Source of the DNA: a virus
Taxonomy: Duplodnaviria > Caudoviricetes
Length of the DNA stretch: 64,000 nt
IMG/VR virus record: IMGVR_UViG_3300013426_000025
Location: 1-64,000 of that record
Direction: 5' to 3' (one strand)
This document shows positions 43,308 through 52,605 of this stretch, one piece after another. The notes beneath the pieces were generated by a model, which saw nothing but the letters and a program-made list of their open reading frames with translations, ran no database searches and was not told the origin of the DNA. How positions within the stretch are numbered: the stretch's first letter is position 1; each line of letters begins with the position of its first letter. The translations under genes were made by a program, and so were the position numbers.

Positions 43308-45143
43308 TTATTCGTAGTAATTCATTACTATATTATGTAGTTCAAGTTTAGTGTTCGCTTTGGGATTACCTTCTAAATAAAGATGTACCCAAGGATTTCT
43401 AATCCTATCTCTACTATTCTGATTTCTTGGTACGGTAGTTCTCCATATTCTAAACTTCTGTTGTAAATTATTAGTAACTTTACCTAAAACTCTATCTCTA
43501 TCATATATAAGAGGCTGAACCCCAGTATCTTGATACTCATCCCATACTCTTATTTTATCAAAAGGCTGTACATCAGATTTAGTACTATTATCTTTACTTA
43601 CACCTAAGTCAGCAAGGAACTCCACATTAGTAAATACTTTATCTGTATATGTACCAGGATTTACTCTGTACTCTATAGAGTATGGAACATAATTGTTGTC
43701 AAATATCTTATTGTACTCACCATCAAACATTCTGTAACATTGTACTTGAGCAAGGTTGTTACTAGAAGTATCTAATGCACTGAAAGCATAAGATTCTCCG
43801 CCATAAGAAAACATCATACTGATGTAAGGAGCATCTATAAAGGAAGTAAACGCTTGTAATATCTCATTATACACAATACACTCAGAAGCATTCTCATAAG
43901 GATTATTTATAATAATGTATACATCTTTATGTATATTGTCATAATAGAACCTTGAAGAATCTAACTTATTACTTTCACTGGATATTGTGATAGCATTTTT
44001 AAAGTATGATTCCATTGTAGTATAAGGAAGTTCTTTACAATTACCATCATGTCCTATACATACAATTGTATTCTTATTATCATCTACAAAGTAAACACCT
44101 ACATCTGTAATGAGAACATTAGAACAATGAGTACCATAATTAGGATTAGCAAGTAGTGTATTGACTTTGTCATTAAAGTCTACATTAATCTGCATGCCTG
44201 AAGTAGTATTAATAAGGTTTCTCTCCTTGAAGTTAATTGTTTCTATACAATTAGTTTCAAGAGCATATAATGTTTCTCTGCCTGCATTAATTATCTTGGT
44301 AATTTCATTCCTTGTTCTCTCACTTGAGTTAGTAGAAAGATTGGTCCACGTATCAACTCTTCCTGCATAATTTTTATTCAATGACCAAACATAAGTACTC
44401 TTGAAAGCAGATTGATTAACTAACTCAGGTAGTACACTTCCTGTAAAGATATTATTCTTCTGATTGTAAGCATCATTATATAAACCAAAGTTATCAGGTC
44501 TTGCCATAATGTTAAAATTCTTTCTATTTACATCAGTTCTTGCGTCAAGATTATGATGGGTTTCAATCATTACTGAAGCAAGTTCTGTAACTTGATTTAT
44601 ATTGGTACTATCATCATCGGGATAAGTCTTTAAGCAATCATATCTTTGAAAATAAGTATCGCCTGTAGTTTGAAATACAACCTTATTTATAGGAGTATAA
44701 TTACTTGCAGGAAGCCATGTTAGATTTTCTATAGCACTGTCAGAGTAGCCACCATATAAAACATTATGTGGTAGATTTCTTCTCAACTCTCCTATATAAA
44801 GCATTGTTGCTTTACTATCAAGAGAAGAATCACACACATCATTCTTATATATAGGCTTTGCTTCTTTACTAAGTATTGTTACTTCTGACATACTTTTAAC
44901 CAAAGTTCTTATAGAATAATAAGTTTGATTTCTTAACAAAATCAATAAAGCTTCTGCTGCCTTTTTCTTTTCATCGTCATCTTCTGTGGGTTTATTTGGA
45001 TTTGGACCTGGTTCATCTCCATCCCAATCTATAGGGTCATCAAAACCCCAAACCCATGGTTTATCAGGGTCTTGATACTTAGTAGGGTCTCTCCATATTT
45101 CAAGAGAGTCTGCAAATGAATTGTCTGTATTTATATTACTCAT
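43308..45143 (-). CDS. Muzzle/tail stabilization protein, C-terminal part
   Basis: LYIGEL...YGG, GDTYFQRYDCLKTYP, ETHHNLDAR.D, DKVFTNVEFLAD, KFRIWR, DRIRNPW motifs. Confidence 0.75.
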   Translation of the reverse strand: MSNINTDNSFADSLEIWRDPTKYQDPDKPWVWGFDDPIDWDGDEPGPNPNKPTEDDDEKKKAAEALLILLRNQTYYSIRTLVKSMSEVTILSKEAKPIYKNDVCDSSLDSKATMLYIGELRRNLPHNVLYGGYSDSAIENLTWLPASNYTPINKVVFQTTGDTYFQRYDCLKTYPDDDSTNINQVTELASVMIETHHNLDARTDVNRKNFNIMARPDNFGLYNDAYNQKNNIFTGSVLPELVNQSAFKSTYVWSLNKNYAGRVDTWTNLSTNSSERTRNEITKIINAGRETLYALETNCIETINFKERNLINTTSGMQINVDFNDKVNTLLANPNYGTHCSNVLITDVGVYFVDDNKNTIVCIGHDGNCKELPYTTMESYFKNAITISSESNKLDSSRFYYDNIHKDVYIIINNPYENASECIVYNEILQAFTSFIDAPYISMMFSYGGESYAFSALDTSSNNLAQVQCYRMFDGEYNKIFDNNYVPYSIEYRVNPGTYTDKVFTNVEFLADLGVSKDNSTKSDVQPFDKIRVWDEYQDTGVQPLIYDRDRVLGKVTNNLQQKFRIWRTTVPRNQNSRDRIRNPWVHLYLEGNPKANTKLELHNIVMNYYE

Positions 45144-45153
45144 AATTTATCAT

Positions 45154-48100
45154 TTAAGTATGAATTGTAAAAGTTATAGTTTTACCACTTTTATTTTTAA
45201 AAGTTAACGTTCCTTCTTCATTACCTTGTGAAATGTTTTTATATGCTACTATAGCATGTCCTGTATCATCAATATGAATAGTACCATAGTTTTCGTCCTG
45301 GTCTATCTGGATGCTTACTCCTTTTACTTCCCACTCAACATCGCTTGTACTTTCTATATACCAATCATCATTTTCTTGGTCTTGCATTTGTATATATGTA
45401 CCATCAACCAGTTCTCTACCGTTTGAATCACGTTCTTGTATTTTTAAGAAAGGTACATCCTCAAATTTACCAAAACTTGGTAGAACATCTTCCGCAGTAT
45501 TATATAAATTTTCAAAAGTGGCTTTAGCCCATTTTTGGGTTCTTGATACTTCTTTTAATTCACTACCATAATACCAAGTAAACAAGTCTTGTCCATTTCT
45601 ATAATATTGTTTTGATGTTATCAAAGAATATTCTATGTTATAACCTTTAATACCATAAGAACAATGTTTTAGCCTTATTGGAAATTTAACACCTTTTACT
45701 TTAAAATCATAAGTGTTGTCTTTATTATCTACTACTTTATATTTGTATAAGATTGTAATTAATAAATCAATTGCTGGAGATTCTGTTATATTGCCGTCTT
45801 CATCTTCATTGTATATTTTTACAACCCTGTCTTTTGCTATTAGTTTAAAAATAGATGGAAATTCATTTACTAATTCTTTACGATATGTTTGTAAAAACAT
45901 ACTTATTATAGAGCTAACACCATTTACCTCTAAAAAAGATTTAATAGAGGTCGTAGAATAGTCTGAAACAAACAGAGAGTCTGTAATCCAACCATTGTTT
46001 TCATTGGCTTTCAATGATGTGTGTACCTGATTATTTAGTTTATCCCAGTAATATTTCAAATTATTATATAATGACACTAGTTCACTATAATTACTTACCA
46101 TAGATAAATCTACAGGTGTGTTAAAATCAACACCACCACTTGATTCATAAATAGAATTAAAAGATGCAATATCACAAAGACATCCTTCAAATACATTAGT
46201 ATTTATTTTATCTCTAATTAAATCCCAATAATTAAACCCATTCACAGTAGCCCAAGGATAATTTAAATAAGTAGAATTGATAGAATCAGAGAAGAAAGTA
46301 TCATTACTATAACCACAAAAATAAGTATTATTACTAAATGAATCTGATGAAGTTGAAGCAGGTAAAGTTTGAAATTGGTCTCCAGATAACCCTAATGAGA
46401 ATACAAGATGAGGAGAAGAATTATAAGTAATCCTTACTGTATCTTGTTTATCTACATTGGATTGATAAGAACTTTCTACTTTTTTTGTTTCTGTTGTTAC
46501 TGTGTCTCCCTCCTTCTTTGTTTCATCGTAAAAGAAATCATTAGCATATTCATTCTTTGCTAATAAAGCATTATCAATTTGCAATAAAGATGCTGAGGTA
46601 AGTCCAGTTGCCTTTATCTCATCCAACAATTTGTTGTCTATAATAAAATTTGAAAATGTTGCTTTGCCAGTAGTTTTAATATCTGATTCAGGATTTCTAA
46701 TATCATCTCTTTCATCTCCTATTTGCTCCTCAATATATTTTTTATATATATTTATATCAGGATAAACATCTGGTGTGTTACTTGTAAGATACTTAAGATT
46801 TGACTTAGCATATAACAACTTTTCTATATGTTTAGGATAGGAGAATACATTAAAGTATTGAGTATCTAAGAAACTATCCTCAGCAGAATATGTTATAGGA
46901 CCAGTTAAATAAGAGTTTTCGCTATTACCTATAACATACTGTGTTTGTTCTGCTATCTTATAATTATAAGTTTTATTTGACTTTATCTTACCGTACCCTT
47001 CAGGTATAGGATGTTCCAAAGTATTGTATGGATAGTACAATCCGGTAATATCAAGTCTTCCTGTCACAGCAGTATTATTTGAAGATATACCTGTAATAGA
47101 ACCTGAAGACTCCCATGGGTGTATCATAAAGTAGGCAAGTTTTGTAGTATCTACAACTATTGAAGTTTTATTCTCGGCATTTTTTACAAAGTTTTCAGCA
47201 GATAACCCTTCTTTAGTATCTTTATTTAAGAAAGAACCTTGTACTTCTGTAAGGAAATGGTCCAAGTAACTGTATTCTGCTGTCATTGACATTAGAGGTT
47301 TGTCTCCTTTATATTGTTTAGTAATGTACTTATTTGAGTTAACCTCAACAACACCTCCAGAATTACTCATTGATGTTCCAGCCTCCAAGAGATTTCTCTT
47401 ACCATAGTTAGAGTTAATGTATGCTGCACCAACAATATTCATTTTAAGGTTTGACCCATGTACTTGTTGAAAATTATTTTCTTCAGGAGAATTAAAGGTA
47501 ACAATTGAATCATCTACAAACAAGGCATCATTCTTCATATACATGCTAACTTGTTTTCTTTCTCCTAATTCTGCATTTATTTCTGAACTATTGTACTGGG
47601 TTTCCTTAATGTTAATAATTACTCCATTAGGAAGAGCCCAAGAAAACTTTATTCCTGCTGCATCAAAAAAACATTTTAGATTAGGTAATGTAGGAAGTCC
47701 TTTATCAAAATAATTGTACATGTTCCCACATTTAATCGCCTCATCTGAGTAAATAGGAGGATTAAATTCAGGTAAGAACAACCATCCTTTTTGTAATAAT
47801 TCTCTCCATGCTCTAAATGGTTTTCTAGTACCACTACTTTCATTTATATCTGAAGTAAAGGCTTTCTCTTTATTTACACCAGAGTTTGTGCCCTTACCCA
47901 TCCAAGCATCTTTGAATTTATCATTAAATTCCTGTTCGGAATAAGCGTCTGCAAGGTCACTATAGGTACTACTATAAGTATGCTCAAAAATAGTTTTATA
48001 ATTAAATGCTTCTGATACTTTTGCTTTATCCTTGTCTCCTTTTAATTCTTCAAGCCAATATCTACAATAAGCCAAGAATAATAATTGAGCAAAACATCCT

Positions 48101-50589
48101 GCATCATCTACTGATTGTGCTGTACTATCATTAGGAAAACAATATTTTATGTGGTCTTTATATGTAATTTCAGGTCTTTCAAAATCAAAACTAAACTGGT
48201 CAAATTTAGTTTGCTGCATTTGTATATACAGGTCGCTCAACTCATTGGGTACTGCATTATATGCATCAGTGACTTTCTTACTTACTCCTTTACATTCTAC
48301 AAAAGCTTTTTTCCGCTGCTCTTCATCTAATTTGCTCCAATCATACCCACTCTCATAAAATTCTTGAGACACTCTTGCAGCAATCATATATACCCAAGTT
48401 TCTTTATTTGTAGTATTTGATGGTATAATTACAGTAAGTAATACTTTCCTACCATTAATTAATTTTTCAGCCGAGTCTTGTGTTTTTGCTGTCTCTTCTT
48501 TTAATTGCTCAATAAGCTTCAACCCATTATTAGGTCTACTGTATATAGACTCATATCCTGCTATATTACTTACTTCTGCTGTTCTTTCCCAATAAGAAGC
48601 AAGTCTTTGAAAATGATGATAAGGCAAGTCACCATTAACAGGTCTAAATGACCAAGAAGGTAGGGCCCAACTTGTTTTCATATACCTATTAAGAGGAGAG
48701 AATACAGTAGGGTTCAATATACCTTGTGCTATAATATTTCTGCCATTATGCAATTCAGGGTCAGCAAACACTAATCTGTAATTAACATAATCAAAGTCTT
48801 TGCATATACTGATTAACTTCTCTGGTAATTTAACTATAGCGTTAGTGTAGTATATGTTTTTATTTACTGTATCTACTGCTGGAGAACATCTACATTCACC
48901 GTCTCCTATATATACAACCTCAGTCCACTGGCCTGTTTTATCTTGAAACTGTAAGCCAAATCTATATATCTCACCAAACTTAAAACCTGTGTATCTTATA
49001 GAAGAATCATTAGTAGGAGTATAAGGATAAATACTGTCTCCATCTATTACATAATCTGTTTGTTTATACACTGTTTGATAATCATTATCATATAATGTAC
49101 TTGATTTCAAGTCAGCACTCAAAATATCATCTTCTATATTATCCATCCATGTAGCACCTTTACCACAATATTCTGAAGTAAAGTAATTAATCATTGCACC
49201 ACCATTCTTTTTTACTTGCTCAATTTCATCCCACCACAACAAAGAGTGTAAATCTTGTTCTGTTTTATCAGGTTTTTTTGAATCAGTGATAATATCATTT
49301 TTGAGATATTGTTGTCCTCTTCTTACAAACTTTACAAGTTTAGTCCACTTATCTACTATCTCTCCTGGATTTTCTTTAGTACCTTCTCTAACTATAGTGA
49401 CATAAGGATTTTCTACACCTGTTTCCTCATCTACATACCCTTCTTCAAACAGGTCTTTTATTACTTGAGGTAACGTAATGTGTGAAGTGTGTATATTACC
49501 TGCAAACAAAGTACCCATCTTCTGGTCTATTGTCTTAGCAGCAATAGGAGTACCACCAATAAAGTAAAGTTGGTTTGCTTCAATTTGTTCTTGGTTCCTG
49601 TAAGTGTCTATAAAGGTAAGAGGCTGCAATGCTTCTCCTTCTTTAGGTTTTGTTATATTCAAGTCTCCTACAATATGTACAGCCATAGCACCATCTAATG
49701 AACTTCTTACAGCAGAATAAATCCTAATGTAATCAAAGTCTGTGCTGTAGTTATATATCTTTATAGATACAGAACAAGAAGCCTTTTCATCAACTTTACC
49801 ACCTCTGTCTTTCTTTGTAAGTGTAATAAGAGGAGAGTCTTGGCATATCTTAGTCTCAGCACCATTTATGTTATAATAAGTAAAGAAGTACTGAACAGTA
49901 CCAGAAGGAAAGTCTACATCTTGGTCATACTTCTTCTGCACTTTAATTCTTGGTGCTTTACCTATTGCAGGATAGAACTCAAATTCATTATTCATATAAG
50001 GTGTGAAAGTATTATTGCCAAATCTTTCTCCTTCAGTAATAATGTTAATGAATCTAAGATTATTATTATCTTCATTACCATTATTACCACCTTCTCTCCA
50101 ATCTTCGCACCAATATACTTTCTTTATATTTGCATTTTCTTCATAGTATAAAGTATCATAAGTCCTGTCAACATGGAAATTCAAATTTCCTCTATACAGA
50201 ACTCTTGCTTGATGTGTTCCATATTTAGTTAAGTCTTGCAAACTTATTCTATAAATAACATCAAGAGTATTGGCAGCAAATTTATTGTCTGCTGGTAATT
50301 TTGCAAAGACAACAAGATATTCTGGAGTAATACAATAAGTAAGTAAAGTGCCCCATAAGAAACCTGGCGTAGGAGACTCAAACCAAGTAGTCCCATTACT
50401 TATTTTCTCTCTTACTTGAAAGTTGAGTGACTTACCTCCTTTATAGTTAGTGATAGATAACAATGTACCATCTTCTGATGCAGTAATTCTTATATTCTTA
50501 TTTTTATAAGCAAACTTATTACTCTCTTTACTTATAGACTTATCTTGAGACATTCCTGTATTCTCAAGAGGTGACTTTTTCAATTCCAT
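45154..50589 (-). CDS. Muzzle/tail stabilization protein, N-terminal part with large insertions
   Basis: GMSQD.S.SK...FAY.NKNIRI, YYEE...IKKVYW, F.SGTVQY.FTYYN, FKFGEIYRFGLQFQ, QGILNPTVF. Confidence 0.75.
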   Translation of the reverse strand: MELKKSPLENTGMSQDKSISKESNKFAYKNKNIRITASEDGTLLSITNYKGGKSLNFQVREKISNGTTWFESPTPGFLWGTLLTYCITPEYLVVFAKLPADNKFAANTLDVIYRISLQDLTKYGTHQARVLYRGNLNFHVDRTYDTLYYEENANIKKVYWCEDWREGGNNGNEDNNNLRFINIITEGERFGNNTFTPYMNNEFEFYPAIGKAPRIKVQKKYDQDVDFPSGTVQYFFTYYNINGAETKICQDSPLITLTKKDRGGKVDEKASCSVSIKIYNYSTDFDYIRIYSAVRSSLDGAMAVHIVGDLNITKPKEGEALQPLTFIDTYRNQEQIEANQLYFIGGTPIAAKTIDQKMGTLFAGNIHTSHITLPQVIKDLFEEGYVDEETGVENPYVTIVREGTKENPGEIVDKWTKLVKFVRRGQQYLKNDIITDSKKPDKTEQDLHSLLWWDEIEQVKKNGGAMINYFTSEYCGKGATWMDNIEDDILSADLKSSTLYDNDYQTVYKQTDYVIDGDSIYPYTPTNDSSIRYTGFKFGEIYRFGLQFQDKTGQWTEVVYIGDGECRCSPAVDTVNKNIYYTNAIVKLPEKLISICKDFDYVNYRLVFADPELHNGRNIIAQGILNPTVFSPLNRYMKTSWALPSWSFRPVNGDLPYHHFQRLASYWERTAEVSNIAGYESIYSRPNNGLKLIEQLKEETAKTQDSAEKLINGRKVLLTVIIPSNTTNKETWVYMIAARVSQEFYESGYDWSKLDEEQRKKAFVECKGVSKKVTDAYNAVPNELSDLYIQMQQTKFDQFSFDFERPEITYKDHIKYCFPNDSTAQSVDDAGCFAQLLFLAYCRYWLEELKGDKDKAKVSEAFNYKTIFEHTYSSTYSDLADAYSEQEFNDKFKDAWMGKGTNSGVNKEKAFTSDINESSGTRKPFRAWRELLQKGWLFLPEFNPPIYSDEAIKCGNMYNYFDKGLPTLPNLKCFFDAAGIKFSWALPNGVIINIKETQYNSSEINAELGERKQVSMYMKNDALFVDDSIVTFNSPEENNFQQVHGSNLKMNIVGAAYINSNYGKRNLLEAGTSMSNSGGVVEVNSNKYITKQYKGDKPLMSMTAEYSYLDHFLTEVQGSFLNKDTKEGLSAENFVKNAENKTSIVVDTTKLAYFMIHPWESSGSITGISSNNTAVTGRLDITGLYYPYNTLEHPIPEGYGKIKSNKTYNYKIAEQTQYVIGNSENSYLTGPITYSAEDSFLDTQYFNVFSYPKHIEKLLYAKSNLKYLTSNTPDVYPDINIYKKYIEEQIGDERDDIRNPESDIKTTGKATFSNFIIDNKLLDEIKATGLTSASLLQIDNALLAKNEYANDFFYDETKKEGDTVTTETKKVESSYQSNVDKQDTVRITYNSSPHLVFSLGLSGDQFQTLPASTSSDSFSNNTYFCGYSNDTFFSDSINSTYLNYPWATVNGFNYWDLIRDKINTNVFEGCLCDIASFNSIYESSGGVDFNTPVDLSMVSNYSELVSLYNNLKYYWDKLNNQVHTSLKANENNGWITDSLFVSDYSTTSIKSFLEVNGVSSIISMFLQTYRKELVNEFPSIFKLIAKDRVVKIYNEDEDGNITESPAIDLLITILYKYKVVDNKDNTYDFKVKGVKFPIRLKHCSYGIKGYNIEYSLITSKQYYRNGQDLFTWYYGSELKEVSRTQKWAKATFENLYNTAEDVLPSFGKFEDVPFLKIQERDSNGRELVDGTYIQMQDQENDDWYIESTSDVEWEVKGVSIQIDQDENYGTIHIDDTGHAIVAYKNISQGNEEGTLTFKNKSGKTITFTIHT

Positions 50590-50591
50590 AA

Positions 50592-51263
50592 TCAATGTAT
50601 GTTAAAATGTTGCTGACTCCCTAAACTATTAAATCCATCTTCAAACTGTCTATTATTCATCAACAGTGTATTATGAGCATTTGAGATACTTTGCATCTCT
50701 GATAGAGAAGGAGTATTAAGTTCTTCCTGTAATTGTCCTACAGCCCAAGCATATTCTTGTTGTGAGTTCTGTAGTACATTACCATTAAGTTTACCTACTT
50801 CAAATAATGTAGTAAATGTTTTTACCTTGATATACTCATATAAAGCATTTATGTACCTTTCATTATCCAATATCATAGGATAACCTTCTTCATCAAGAGG
50901 TATTGCCCTGTAAGCAATCTCTAAGTCACATTCAGGAACATTTGTATAGATAATTGAATTTTGTGTTTTGAATACAAGTTCTGTATCATCCATAAAATTG
51001 CTTGACATATATTTTATACACTTTCCTGTATCACAATCCTTAACTTGTATAATAGAAACCAAATCACAAGGTAATACTGCCCTGTATTCATGTATGTGCA
51101 TTATTTCATATTTGGTTGTATACAAATTAGGCATATTAAGAATACCATTAAAAGAAGAGACATATTGTAGTATCTGCTCCAATGTAATATCCTGCATTAA
51201 TGGGTGTTGTAAACATTTATCCCACACAGGTATTACACTTGTAAATTTAACTTCATTAACCAT
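50592..51263 (-). CDS. Tail ring (tubular/adaptor) protein
   Basis: YRAVLPCDL, IAYRAIPLDEEGYPMI.D, QQEYAWAVGQ; precedes the muzzle. Confidence 0.7.
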   Translation of the reverse strand: MVNEVKFTSVIPVWDKCLQHPLMQDITLEQILQYVSSFNGILNMPNLYTTKYEIMHIHEYRAVLPCDLVSIIQVKDCDTGKCIKYMSSNFMDDTELVFKTQNSIIYTNVPECDLEIAYRAIPLDEEGYPMILDNERYINALYEYIKVKTFTTLFEVGKLNGNVLQNSQQEYAWAVGQLQEELNTPSLSEMQSISNAHNTLLMNNRQFEDGFNSLGSQQHFNIH

Positions 51264-51268
51264 ATTTA

Positions 51269-51790
51269 TTATATTTTATAAGTACTTATGTTGTTATTTT
51301 CTATAGAGTGTGCAACAATACTATGAAAACTCCTATTGGGTCTAAATCTCATAAAAGTGCAATTCTCATAGTTAGTATTACGTTTATTGTAAAATATAAA
51401 ATACCTTACATTTCTTTCCTTCCTTACAAGAGTTTTATTTTGTAGGGCTTCTTCATCCTCATGCCATAATTTTAGAGTTTCTCCCCAATCAATAGCCCTA
51501 TTAGTTTTAACTTTACCCTCTTCAAATTTTATGTAAGTATCTGCTTGTCTTACTTCAAGTTTACCCATTCTATAGGGAAATTTAAATTCTTTACCTTCCG
51601 ATAGATCTTTGATTGCTTCTTTATGTACAGTAGAAACTATTTTATAAAATTCAGACTCATTAGAAGTTATCATTTTATTTTTCTTTAACCATCTATATGC
51701 TTCTCTAACTCCAGCAGAATTTGTTATTTTATGAACTCTCTTTCCTGTTACTTTAAGTACTTTCTTTCTAAACTCTTTCAAATCTTCCAT
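51269..51790 (-). CDS. IHF/HU-like DNA-binding protein (crAss tail-module gene)
   Basis: Basic 173 aa; L.EG.EFKFPYRMGKLEVR, IDWGET.KLW, RFRPNR. Confidence 0.65.
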   Translation of the reverse strand: MEDLKEFRKKVLKVTGKRVHKITNSAGVREAYRWLKKNKMITSNESEFYKIVSTVHKEAIKDLSEGKEFKFPYRMGKLEVRQADTYIKFEEGKVKTNRAIDWGETLKLWHEDEEALQNKTLVRKERNVRYFIFYNKRNTNYENCTFMRFRPNRSFHSIVAHSIENNNISTYKI

Positions 51791-52512
51791 TACTCGTCTC
51801 CTTCTAATTGCTTTTGTAAAGGCTTCTTCATATTTTGTCTAATGAAATACATCAAATCAGATAAATCATCAGAAGCATTATTAGTATTATCCTTGGGTCT
51901 ATATGCAGTACCAAGTATTTCTTTTACAATGTAAGCAATTAATTCAGGTACCAATGCAGGTTCTATAGGAAATTCTGTGTCAAGAACATCACAAGTCTTC
52001 TCAGTACCATTACAATTTAATTCATAAGCCTTCTCATAATCTTCAAATATTGCTTTGAGTTTTATCTTCTTCAAGTAAGAAGACTCAAAATTATTTGATT
52101 TAAAATATAAATGCTTATCTTCCCCTAAAGCGCAATAAATAAAGTTCTTACTATATTTACCTGCTCCCACTGCTTTTAGCCTTTTGAATGAAGTGAAAAT
52201 AATATTCTCACTTTCCATACCATTATAAAGAAGAATTGTAGGTGTAACAATATCAAGCATTACAGGAATTTCCTGTGTACTTCTCATAATATTACCTGTA
52301 CTACAAATAGACCGAGAATACTTTTCAATATCTAAACATATAGTCTGATAATTACTCTCTGATAATCCTTTCTTACCTTCTCCATACTTCTTTAATAGTA
52401 ATGCTCTGTATTTACCTACAAGGTATAATACATGTTCCTCATTAATAGAGGAGTCATCACTAAATGCTTTTATAGCATCTAAACAATAATAAACGATATG
52501 TCTTACATCCAT
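51790..52512 (-). CDS. Tail ring protein
   Basis: SDDS, YRALLLK, SNYQTICLD, AIFED, CDVLD.EFPIE, PKD..NNA.DD; the true start is ATG 52512, downstream of the promoter. Confidence 0.7.
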   Translation of the reverse strand: MDVRHIVYYCLDAIKAFSDDSSINEEHVLYLVGKYRALLLKKYGEGKKGLSESNYQTICLDIEKYSRSICSTGNIMRSTQEIPVMLDIVTPTILLYNGMESENIIFTSFKRLKAVGAGKYSKNFIYCALGEDKHLYFKSNNFESSYLKKIKLKAIFEDYEKAYELNCNGTEKTCDVLDTEFPIEPALVPELIAYIVKEILGTAYRPKDNTNNASDDLSDLMYFIRQNMKKPLQKQLEGDE

Positions 52513-52530
52513 AATATGTACATATATAAA

Positions 52531-52578
52531 AATCCACTTGCAAAGATACGAAAAATATTTCATATTTGCAAGTGGATT
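52531..52578 (-). promoter_or_regulatory. Bacteroidota-type promoter (52541-52572) embedded in a 14-bp inverted repeat / terminator
   Basis: CTTG-N20-TATCTTTG; arms AATCCACTTGCAAA (52531-52544) and TTTGCAAGTGGATT (52565-52578); T-run follows on -. Confidence 0.75.
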
Positions 52579-52605
52579 AATTATTTTTTATAGGTAATAA
52601 AAAAA

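Noticed and set aside
45140-45160. Readthrough or frameshift joining the two muzzle ORFs
   Set aside because: Different frames, stops (TGA, TAA) directly upstream of the second ATG, and no slippery site or intron core seen
52531-52578. Recombinase-invertible promoter
   Set aside because: Only 20 nt between the repeats and no recombinase in the window; a terminator/operator explanation is simpler
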